The notes below the pieces were generated by a model that ran no database searches, had not been told where the DNA came from, and worked only from the letters and a program-made list of their open reading frames with translations. A stretch of DNA of 64,000 nt, taken from the NCBI GenBank assembly GCA_002897715.1, contig BDUA01000040.1, positions 1,142 through 65,141 of the forward strand, read 5' to 3'. Position 1 is the stretch's first letter. Each line of letters starts with the position of its first letter. Positions 18,726-26,726 of this stretch are shown piece by piece. Source of the stretch: a bacterium BMS3Abin01. Lineage in GTDB: Bacteria > Actinomycetota > Thermoleophilia > BMS3ABIN01. A program made the translations under genes and the position numbers.

Positions 18726-20121
18726 GGCTGGCCTGCCTTTGTAGAGCCTCCAGGAGATCCTCACCCACCCGGAAGATGTCGCCGGCTCCCAGAGTGATGA
18801 ACAGGTCGCCGGGCCGGAGTTCCTTAAGCAGCAGCGGCACCAGGTCACGGGTGCGGGGTATATAGGCCACCTGGGCCTGGGGATACCACTTGAGCACCGA
18901 ATCCACCACCAGTTTGCCGCTGATGCCGGGCTCCGGTTCCTCCCGCGCCCCGAAGATATCGGTGACGATGGCCAGGTCGCATAGGTTGAGCGCCTCGCCG
19001 AGCTCGTCATGGAGGTAACGGGTACGGGAGTAAAGGTGGGGCTGGAAGGCGCCGATGATGCGGTTCCAGCCACCGGAGCGGGCCGCCTCCAGCGTGGCGA
19101 TGATCTCCGTGGGGTGGTGGGCGTAGTCGTCAACGACGGTGATGCCGTCCACCTTGCCCTTCACCTGAAAGCGGCGCGCCGCGCCGCTGAACTCCTTCAG
19201 GGCCGGCGCCACCTCCACCGGCGGGACACCCACCAGGTCCAGCACCGCCAGGGCCGCCAGGGCATTGAGCACGTTATGCTCGCCCCGCACCGCCAGGCGG
19301 AAATCGATATCGCGTCCATCGGCCGCTCCGGGATATACCAGCCGGAAGCTGCTGCCGTCGCGGTCGACCTCGATCCCCTCGGCCCGGTAATCGGCGGTCT
19401 CGTCCAGACCGAAAGTTATCACGCGGGCCCGGGTGGCCCGGGCTATCTCCCGCAGCAGCGGCCGGTCCCAGATAATCAGGGCCCCGTCCCCGGGAAGGCG
19501 GGAGACGAATTTCTCGAATACTTCGACCACCTGTTCCAGCGAAGAATAATGGGAGTGATGGTCCAGCTCCACGTTGGTGATGACAGCTATCTTCGGGTGC
19601 AGATGCAGCAGCGAGCCGTCACTCTCATCCGCTTCAGCCACCAGCCACTGCCCACTGCCGTCGCGGGCGTTGCTGCCCACATCGTTGAGTTCGCCGCCGA
19701 CGATATATGAAGGTTCCAGCCCCAGCTGTTCCATGGCATGGGCGATGATGGAGGTGGTGGTGGTCTTGCCGTGGGTGCCGGCGACGGCGATGCCTCGCTT
19801 CATGGACATGAGCTCGCCCAGCATCTGTGCCCTCAGATACACCGGTATGCCCCGGTCCATGGCCGCCCGCAACTCCACGTTCTGGGAAGATATGGCGGTG
19901 GATACCACCACGGTGTCGGGCATGTCCAGGTTGGCCGGATGGTGGCCGAAGGCCACGGAGACCCCCTGCTGCTCCAGCATCCGCGTGTAGCGCGACCGCT
20001 TGAGGTCCGAACCGGAGACGGTGTACCCCAGACTGTGGAATACCTGGGCGATGCCGCTCATGCCGGCGCCGCCGATACCGATGAAGTGAAGCCTTTGGTT
20101 ACTTTCCATTTTTCCTGGCAA
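18718..20121 (-). CDS. murC: UDP-N-acetylmuramate--L-alanine ligase
   Basis: HFIGIGGAGMSGIA and GTHGKTTTTS P-loop motifs, plus DDYAHHPTEI. Confidence 0.9.
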   Translation of the reverse strand: MPGKMESNQRLHFIGIGGAGMSGIAQVFHSLGYTVSGSDLKRSRYTRMLEQQGVSVAFGHHPANLDMPDTVVVSTAISSQNVELRAAMDRGIPVYLRAQMLGELMSMKRGIAVAGTHGKTTTTSIIAHAMEQLGLEPSYIVGGELNDVGSNARDGSGQWLVAEADESDGSLLHLHPKIAVITNVELDHHSHYSSLEQVVEVFEKFVSRLPGDGALIIWDRPLLREIARATRARVITFGLDETADYRAEGIEVDRDGSSFRLVYPGAADGRDIDFRLAVRGEHNVLNALAALAVLDLVGVPPVEVAPALKEFSGAARRFQVKGKVDGITVVDDYAHHPTEIIATLEAARSGGWNRIIGAFQPHLYSRTRYLHDELGEALNLCDLAIVTDIFGAREEPEPGISGKLVVDSVLKWYPQAQVAYIPRTRDLVPLLLKELRPGDLFITLGAGDIFRVGEDLLEALQRQASLV

Positions 20122-21220
20122 TCCTCAATACCTCCGCCGCGATCCTGCCGGCGCCGTTCCTGTCGCCCAGCGCCGCGCTGGCCGCGGCCATGGCCGCCAG
20201 CCTCTCCCGGTCCCCGAGAAGAGCACCGACCTCCTTGTTCAGCAGCTCCGCGTCCAGCATCCTGTCATCTATTATCCGCGCCGCTCCGGCAGCCGCCATC
20301 CACTCAGCGTTTTTTCGTTGGTGGTCCGCGGTGGCATGGGGATAGGGAACCAGCAGGGCCGGCTTCCCCAACGCCGCGATCTCAAGGACCGATGCCCCGG
20401 AACGGCTCACGACCAGATCCGCCGCTGCCACTGCCTGCGGCAGATCGTTCGTATAGTCTAGCAAATGATAGTTCCCGGAGTCGTATCCCTGCTCCTCCAG
20501 GAGTTTTCTTACCAGCTCACAGTCCCGGCGGCCGCTGACATGCACCAGCTGGAAGGACAGCGGCCCCCGGCCGAAAGCGTCGGCCGTGGCCAGGTTTATC
20601 GACCTGGCCCCCTGGCTGCCGCCGGTTACCAGCACCACCGGCCGGTCCTGGCTGAGACCGAAGCGGCGGCATCCATCGGCCGCGGCGGCGTCCAGCAGGG
20701 CGGGGCCCATGGGCCGGCCCGTCAGAACGTACCTGCCGCCGGACCTCCCGGAGATGGGGAAGCTCAAAGCAACTCGGTCAGCCACACGGGAGAGGACACG
20801 GTTGGCCAGTCCCATGTGGGAATCAAGCTCCATGATGAGGGTCGGCCTGCGGAACATGGCCGCCCAGAAGACCGGGACGGCGCTGACGTAACCGCCGCCG
20901 CCGACTACCACATGGGGCCGTCGGCGACGCAGTATGGCCAGGCAGTCGATGCTGCCTTTCAAGAGGGACCAGAGGAACAGGAAGAAACGCAGCGACAGGC
21001 GACGCTCCAGGCCCCGGAGGTCGGCCCGGTCCAGGGGGTAACCGGCCCGGGGTATCAGCTCCGCCTCCAGCCCCCTGCCCGTACCGATAAAAGAGACTTC
21101 CGCGCCCCTATCCCTGAGCGCGTCTGCCAGCGCCAGAGCGGGAACCAGGTGCCCGGCCGTGCCCCCGGCTGCGATTACCACCCTCAATCGCTCTGAATTT
21201 TCTGCTGGGTCTTGCGGCAA
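20099..21220 (-). CDS. murG: UDP-GlcNAc:lipid I GlcNAc transferase
   Basis: VVIAAGGTAGHLVPALALA G-loop and a C-terminal ...SGASVLEIAALGKPALLVPYP.A.DHQ..NA motif. TTG start with GGGGGAAG upstream. Confidence 0.9.
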   Translation of the reverse strand: MPQDPAENSERLRVVIAAGGTAGHLVPALALADALRDRGAEVSFIGTGRGLEAELIPRAGYPLDRADLRGLERRLSLRFFLFLWSLLKGSIDCLAILRRRRPHVVVGGGGYVSAVPVFWAAMFRRPTLIMELDSHMGLANRVLSRVADRVALSFPISGRSGGRYVLTGRPMGPALLDAAAADGCRRFGLSQDRPVVLVTGGSQGARSINLATADAFGRGPLSFQLVHVSGRRDCELVRKLLEEQGYDSGNYHLLDYTNDLPQAVAAADLVVSRSGASVLEIAALGKPALLVPYPHATADHQRKNAEWMAAAGAARIIDDRMLDAELLNKEVGALLGDRERLAAMAAASAALGDRNGAGRIAAEVLRIARKNGK

Positions 21221-22388
21221 TCTTCCCCCGTGGATTGACAGCGATGTTGAGCAGGATGCCGATGCTGGATAATATCACTACCAGGCTGCTGCCGCCGTAG
21301 CTGATGATGGGCAGCGGTATGCCGGTGAGCGGCAGCAGTCCCATGACGGCGCAGGCATTGATCACCGCCTGGCTGATAAGTAAAGAGGTTATCCCCCCCG
21401 CCACGTACTTGCCGTACAGGTTCTTGCTCTGGAGGGCGATGCGAAAGCCCACATAGGCCAGCGCCGCGTAAGCGGCGATGATCACCAGCACACCGATGAG
21501 GCCCATCTCCTCGCCGATGATGGAGAGGATCATGTCGGTGTGGGCCTCCGGCAGGTAGCTGAACTTCTGGATGCTCTTGCCGATGCCGACGCCGAACAGC
21601 CCCCCGGACCCCAGAGCCACCAGTGACTGGATGACCTGGAACCCCGAATCACGGGCGTCCTGCCAGGGATTGATGAAGGCGGTGATCCTGGCCATGCGGT
21701 AGGGAAACAGGATAATGAACGGCAGCGCCGCCAGGCTGGTGACCGCGCCCATCAGGGCCAGGTCGCGCAGACGGGTACCGGCGATGAACAGCATGGCCGC
21801 CACCGTTACCATGATGGCGATAGCGGTCCCCATGTCCGGCTCCACCAGGATCAGCACGCAGGCGACCGCCGGCAAGGCCAGCAGCGGCAGCAGCATGTCC
21901 TTGACGCTGGCAAGCAGCCGCGGCCGTGATTGCAGCACCGCGGCCACGAACAGCACGGTGGATAGTTTAGCCAGTTCGGACGGCTGGAAGGTGAAGGGAC
22001 CGAAGCCCAGCCAGCGGCAGGCCCCCTTGGCGCAGGAGCCGAAGCCGGGTATGAACACCAGCACCAGCAGACCGACGGAGACCAGCATCAGCAGCGGCGA
22101 CAGCTTGCGCAGGCGCATGAAATCGAAGCGGGCCAGGGCGAACATCAACACCAGTCCGATCAACGCGTATATGAGTTCACGCTTGAGGTAGAAGTAGCTG
22201 TCCTGGTTGCCGAAGTAGGCGTTGGCCCAGCTGGCGCTGAAGACCATGACCACGCCTACAGCCAGCAGCATCAGCGTCACCGTGACCAGGAAGGTGTATT
22301 CAAAGGAGCCCACCGCCTCGCGCCTGCCGGCCGGCGGTTTCTTTTTACCGCGCTCCCCTCTGTTGCCTGCTTTTTTCTTTCTGATCAA
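21108..22388 (-). CDS. ftsW: SEDS-family peptidoglycan polymerase FtsW
   Basis: About 10 TM helices with SEDS motifs (QPSELAK, PD.GTA, LPE.HTD.I, G..P.TG..LP..SYGGSS). The TTG at 22388 forms TTGA with the murD stop. The track start at 22475 overlaps murD by 91 nt. Confidence 0.85.
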   Translation of the reverse strand: MIRKKKAGNRGERGKKKPPAGRREAVGSFEYTFLVTVTLMLLAVGVVMVFSASWANAYFGNQDSYFYLKRELIYALIGLVLMFALARFDFMRLRKLSPLLMLVSVGLLVLVFIPGFGSCAKGACRWLGFGPFTFQPSELAKLSTVLFVAAVLQSRPRLLASVKDMLLPLLALPAVACVLILVEPDMGTAIAIMVTVAAMLFIAGTRLRDLALMGAVTSLAALPFIILFPYRMARITAFINPWQDARDSGFQVIQSLVALGSGGLFGVGIGKSIQKFSYLPEAHTDMILSIIGEEMGLIGVLVIIAAYAALAYVGFRIALQSKNLYGKYVAGGITSLLISQAVINACAVMGLLPLTGIPLPIISYGGSSLVVILSSIGILLNIAVNPRGKIAARPSRKFRAIEGGNRSRGHGRAPGSRSGAGRRAQG

Positions 22389-23896
22389 TCGCTGCCTTTG
22401 CTCGATTCGTCGACCAGGGAGAGGAACAGCTCGCCCCTCTCCTCGTAATCGCGAAACTGGTCGAAGCTGGCGCATGCCGGCGCCAGCAGGACTACGTCCC
22501 CGGGGACGGCGGCGGCGCTGGCCTGCCTGAATGCCGTTTCCAGATCACCGCACATGACCACTTCGCCGCCGGTGCGCCGGAAACTCTCGCCTATCGCCGC
22601 CGCTGCCTGGCCGATGAGATAGACCCCCTTCACCTTGTCCCTGTCCGCGGTAGCCGCACGGGCCAGGCGCTCAAAAGAGCAGCCCTTGAGGCTGCCTCCC
22701 AGGATCAGGTGTATCCCGCTGTCGAAAGCGGTGAGCGCCCTGATGGCGGCGTCCACGTTAGTGGCCTTGGAGTCATTGACGTAGGCGACTCCAGCCACCG
22801 TCCCCGCCGGCTGCAGGCGATGAGGCACACCGGGAAAGCTCCTGAGCCCGGCGGCGACCTTAGCGGCGCCCAGGCCGATCCCCAGGCAAACCGCCGCCGC
22901 CGCCAGCGAGTTCTCCAGATTGTGCTCGCCCTTCAGCGCCGTCTCAGACCAGGCGATCACTTTTTTTGAGTCTTCGCCGCCGGCTGTGCCATTCCTGCAC
23001 CGGCCCGGCAGCTCCGGCGCCAGGCAGCTGCGCAGCTTGCTGCGCACTCCGGCGCTTATGGCCCGCAATCGCTCCTGGTCGTAACGGATATCGCCGCCGC
23101 TGAGGTACACCAGGGGGCGTCCGGCCCCCGGGCCGAAGCGGTCCCCGCGCGCGACACGGCCGTACCATACGCGACCCGCCGCACCCGGTATGGCCATCTC
23201 GCCGATGGCCGGATCGTCCCGGTTGAGCACCGCCAGGTCCTCCTGTTGCTGATTGGCGAACATGAGCATCTTGGCGGCGAAATAGCTGTCGATGTCGGGA
23301 TAGCGGTCCAGGTGGTCCTCGGCCAGGTTGAGCAGTACCGCCACATCCGGCCGCAGGAGGATGCTGTCCTCTATCTGGAAGCTGGACAGCTCCGCCACCA
23401 GGATATCATCCTCGCCCACCCTGCCCACCAGCGAAGAGATGGGAGTGCCCACGTTGCCCACCACGCGGCAGGCACAGCCGGAGCTGCTGAGTATATGACC
23501 GATGAGCTCGGTGGTGGTAGTCTTGCCGTTGGTGCCGGTGACGCCGATGAGCGGGTTCTCCAGGAAACGCCAGGCGAACTCCACTTCACCCCAGACGGGG
23601 ATCCCCCGATGATGAGCCTCCTCGATCAGGGATATGTCCCCGGGGACACCGGGGCTCTTTATCACCAGGCCGCAGCCGTCCAGCAGGGTATGGTCCTCAC
23701 GGCCCATCGCCAGGTGGATGCCCGCCGCCTCCAGGGAGGAGGTGTCACCGGCGGCCTCGGGCTGCGCCTGCCGGTCGGCGATGACCACCTCGATATGGGG
23801 CAGTACCCGCCGCGCCGCCTGGGCGGCGGCGATGCCGGAGCGGGCCATGCCCACGATCAGCAAGCGCTGTACCTCGGCGAGTTCGGGGACTTTCAT
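22385..23896 (-). CDS. murD: UDP-N-acetylmuramoylalanine--D-glutamate ligase
   Basis: GVTGTNGKTTTT and LELSSFQ-like (AELSSFQ) motifs, plus NDSKATN, SPACASFD and QF..YE.RG. At 503 aa it is about 40 aa longer than typical, through an insertion near 22965-23090. Confidence 0.9.
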   Translation of the reverse strand: MKVPELAEVQRLLIVGMARSGIAAAQAARRVLPHIEVVIADRQAQPEAAGDTSSLEAAGIHLAMGREDHTLLDGCGLVIKSPGVPGDISLIEEAHHRGIPVWGEVEFAWRFLENPLIGVTGTNGKTTTTELIGHILSSSGCACRVVGNVGTPISSLVGRVGEDDILVAELSSFQIEDSILLRPDVAVLLNLAEDHLDRYPDIDSYFAAKMLMFANQQQEDLAVLNRDDPAIGEMAIPGAAGRVWYGRVARGDRFGPGAGRPLVYLSGGDIRYDQERLRAISAGVRSKLRSCLAPELPGRCRNGTAGGEDSKKVIAWSETALKGEHNLENSLAAAAVCLGIGLGAAKVAAGLRSFPGVPHRLQPAGTVAGVAYVNDSKATNVDAAIRALTAFDSGIHLILGGSLKGCSFERLARAATADRDKVKGVYLIGQAAAAIGESFRRTGGEVVMCGDLETAFRQASAAAVPGDVVLLAPACASFDQFRDYEERGELFLSLVDESSKGSD

Positions 23897-23948
23897 GGCC
23901 CCGGCTCCCCCCGGTAGGCGGCCGGCGGCCGCTCGTCTCTCATCCCGG

Positions 23949-24920
23949 TCACCTCCCTGTGGAAAGGTAAAAAAGGGTGAATCCGGTGGCGGCGAAAATG
24001 CTGCCGACGATCCAGAAACGCATGATGATCTTGGTCTCCGACCAGTCCATCAACTCGAAATGGTGATGGATGGGGGTCATCAGAAAAACGCGTTTGCCGA
24101 AGACGCGATAGCTCAGCACCTGGATGATGACCGATACCGTCTCGGCGACGAAGATGCCGCCGATCACCAGCAGCAGGATCTCGGTCTTGGTCATCACCGC
24201 CATGGCGGCGATGGCGCCCCCCAGCGCCATGGAGCCGGTATCGCCCATGAATACCTCCGCCGGAAAAGAGTTGAACCAGAGAAAGCCGACGCAGGCGCCG
24301 ACCACGCAGGCGGAGATGATTCCCAGCTCGGTCTGGCCGGTGAGAAAGGCGATGCCGGTGTAGGTGAGCATGGTCACCGCCACCGCTCCCGCCGCCAGGC
24401 CGTCCAGGCCGTCAGTGAAGTTAACCGCGTTGGAGGTTCCGGCTACCACCAGGAAGATGATGAAATAATAGGCGATGCCCACGTTGAAGGCGTAGTCGCT
24501 CATGGGGATGTTGATGGTCTCGCCGACGCCACCGTAACGTACGGCGATGAGGCCCACGGTGACGGAAAGGCCCAGTTGCAGGCCCAGCTTGCCCCGTGCC
24601 CTGAGGCCCAGGGAGCGTTTCTTCCTGATCTTGGCCATGTCGTCGGCAAAGCCGATGGCGGCACAGCCGACGATGGTGAGTATTACCACGAAACCGCCGA
24701 CGGTCCACCTTCCCAGGATGAGGAAGGGCACTATGGACCCCGCCAGGATCAGCAGCCCGCCCAGGGTGGGAATCCCCTGTTTGCTCTCCCGGTGAGCCTG
24801 GGGTCCTTCCTCGCGAACCTCCTGCCTGAATTCATTATGCTTGAGGAACTCGATGAACTTCGGCCCCAGGAACAGCGTGATAAGCATGGCGGCCAGTCCG
24901 GCTGCCAGCAGCTGGAACAT
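23949..24920 (-). CDS. mraY: phospho-N-acetylmuramoyl-pentapeptide transferase
   Basis: ...PTLGG..., NAVNFTDGLDGLA, GDTGS.ALGG and HHHFEL motifs. Confidence 0.95.
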   Translation of the reverse strand: MFQLLAAGLAAMLITLFLGPKFIEFLKHNEFRQEVREEGPQAHRESKQGIPTLGGLLILAGSIVPFLILGRWTVGGFVVILTIVGCAAIGFADDMAKIRKKRSLGLRARGKLGLQLGLSVTVGLIAVRYGGVGETINIPMSDYAFNVGIAYYFIIFLVVAGTSNAVNFTDGLDGLAAGAVAVTMLTYTGIAFLTGQTELGIISACVVGACVGFLWFNSFPAEVFMGDTGSMALGGAIAAMAVMTKTEILLLVIGGIFVAETVSVIIQVLSYRVFGKRVFLMTPIHHHFELMDWSETKIIMRFWIVGSIFAATGFTLFYLSTGR

Positions 24921-24921
24921 G

Positions 24922-26385
24922 CTAGCCCTCCTTGTCCGGCTCGCCGCCGGCGGCTCCGGCGAGGGCAGAAACGAGACGTTCCAGCATCATGAAACGCGAA
25001 GCCTTCACCAGTACCACGTCTCCCGGCTCAAGCATACCTCTAACCGCAGCGATGGCGCTGTCGCAGTCGGGCAGGTGCCGGTCCCGGCGCCCGCTGTCCT
25101 CCGCCCGGGCGCCTTCCACATATGCCGCGGCCAGCGGACCGATCCCCACCAGCAGGTCCACGCCCAGGGCCGCCAACCGGGCACCCAGGCGGCGATGGTA
25201 TTCTTCCGCCCGCGGACCCAGCTCCCCCATGTCTCCCAGGATGGCGACCGTCCTCCTCTCCGGAGCCGTGGCCAGAAGATATTCCAGAGATGACTCCATG
25301 GAAAGGGGGTTGGCGTTGTAACAGTCGTCGATGAGCAGGATACCGTCCGGCGTCTGGATATGTTCGCCCCGGCGGCGGGAAAGCCTTATCGCCGCCGCCG
25401 CTCCCGGCGCCGCTTCCAGCGGCTGATCCATAAGCATGTAGGCTCCCAACGCCGCCATGGCGTTGAGCAGGTGGTGTCGCGCCGCAAAATTGAATTCCAT
25501 CTCCACCTCCCGGCCCACACAATCGATTATGGCGTGCAGCCTGTCCCCGGACACAGTCTCGCTCACCGGATGGATATGGGCCTGGGCATCGAAACCGAAG
25601 GTGATCTTCTCTACATCCAGTCCCGTCAGATGCGGCTCCAGCAACTTTTCGTCGAATGGCACCACCAGCCCGCCCCCCGGCGGCAGACAGGCGGCGATCT
25701 CCGCCTTGCCCGCGGCTATATTCTCCATGCTGCCCGCGTACTCCAGGTGGGCCGGACCGATATTGGTGATGACGGCGATATCCGGAGCCGCCGCGCGGCA
25801 CAGTTCGCCTATCTCCCCGGGGACCTGCATCCCCATCTCCACAATGATGGCTTCGGTGGCGCCGTCAGCCTCCAGCAGGGTCAGGGGCACGCCTACCTCG
25901 TTGTTGAAGCTGGCCTGGCTGGCGACAACCTGCATCTGCGTCCGCAGCAGGCCGAACAGGATGTCCTTGGTGGAGGTCTTGCCGCTGCTGCCGGTGATAG
26001 CCACTATCCTGGCGCCGCTGCGGCGCGCCGACAGCGCGGCGATCTCCCGCAGGGCGGCGCCGCTGTCAGCTACGGCTATGATGGCAGCGCCGCCGACCGT
26101 CCCCGGCGGCGGCGCTGCCGCCAGTCGCCGGGCCGCCGCTCCTTCCGCCAGAACACCGGCCGCCCCCCGCCCCAGGGCTTCCGCGGCGAAATCGCCGCCA
26201 TCGAACCGTTCACCTTTAAGGCCGATAAACAGCGACCCCGCCGGGTCAGCACGGGTATCGGTGGAAACCTTATCCATGACCATCCGGGGCGAACCGGCCA
26301 GCAGCTCGCCGTTACAGGCCTGGCAAATCTCTTGTACCGTAAGGGTTATCAATTCTCTGTATGGTTGTATGGTGGTTCCCGGCAT
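24922..26385 (-). CDS. murF: UDP-N-acetylmuramoyl-tripeptide--D-alanyl-D-alanine ligase
   Basis: DTR....GSLF..LKGERFDG.DF, ITGSSGKTSTKD, NNEVGVPLTLL, EMGM and DCYNANP motifs. This identifies MurF, not MurE. Confidence 0.9.
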   Translation of the reverse strand: MPGTTIQPYRELITLTVQEICQACNGELLAGSPRMVMDKVSTDTRADPAGSLFIGLKGERFDGGDFAAEALGRGAAGVLAEGAAARRLAAAPPPGTVGGAAIIAVADSGAALREIAALSARRSGARIVAITGSSGKTSTKDILFGLLRTQMQVVASQASFNNEVGVPLTLLEADGATEAIIVEMGMQVPGEIGELCRAAAPDIAVITNIGPAHLEYAGSMENIAAGKAEIAACLPPGGGLVVPFDEKLLEPHLTGLDVEKITFGFDAQAHIHPVSETVSGDRLHAIIDCVGREVEMEFNFAARHHLLNAMAALGAYMLMDQPLEAAPGAAAAIRLSRRRGEHIQTPDGILLIDDCYNANPLSMESSLEYLLATAPERRTVAILGDMGELGPRAEEYHRRLGARLAALGVDLLVGIGPLAAAYVEGARAEDSGRRDRHLPDCDSAIAAVRGMLEPGDVVLVKASRFMMLERLVSALAGAAGGEPDKEG

Positions 26386-26392
26386 CCGCTCC

Positions 26393-26656
26393 CTACCTGT
26401 GCAGGGACAGGCGGTAGCCGCACACCGGCGTGGCGGACGTGTTCACTCCCAGTCTGTCGACGGTAGCATGACCAACGGTGCTCCCGGGAATAGTCGTTAC
26501 CGTGGTGCTGGCCAGGCCGGGCGGGGAGCCGGTAACCCTGCCCAGCGATACATGCCAGTTTTCGAGCATCCCAAAACACTTGTGCGTTTTTCGGGGATGG
26601 TAGACCGCAGTAGCCAGCAGGCCGTCGAGACGGGTGAGATAAGATTCCGTCCTCAT
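26393..26656 (-). CDS. orphan 87-aa ORF in the slot where murE normally sits (coding status doubtful)
   Basis: The ORF ends 7 nt before the murF ATG. It has no visible SD and I recognise no motif. It could equally be non-coding leader sequence. Confidence 0.2.
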   Translation of the reverse strand: MRTESYLTRLDGLLATAVYHPRKTHKCFGMLENWHVSLGRVTGSPPGLASTTVTTIPGSTVGHATVDRLGVNTSATPVCGYRLSLHR

Positions 26657-26726
26657 CAGCGTGTTATCTTACACGATTGCATACCACATATCATCCCCTG
26701 GCCGGACCGGGTGTACTGCCTGGCCC

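Noticed and set aside
18726-19133. N-terminal ~136 codons of the 444-aa ORF 17799..19133, which would make a giant MurB
   Set aside because: This part runs through the 3' end of murC in another frame and is Pro/Ser/Arg/Trp-rich. MurB homology only begins around ...LSDAVLRRDLEQ. The TTG at 18725 overlapping the murC stop gives a normal ~308-aa MurB.
26386-26726. Possible cell-wall-related riboswitch (ydaO/c-di-AMP type) or T-box leader ahead of murF
   Set aside because: I could not find the conserved cores I remember for these classes, and no terminator or antiterminator pair was visible. It is retained only as an unexplained spacer in the findings.
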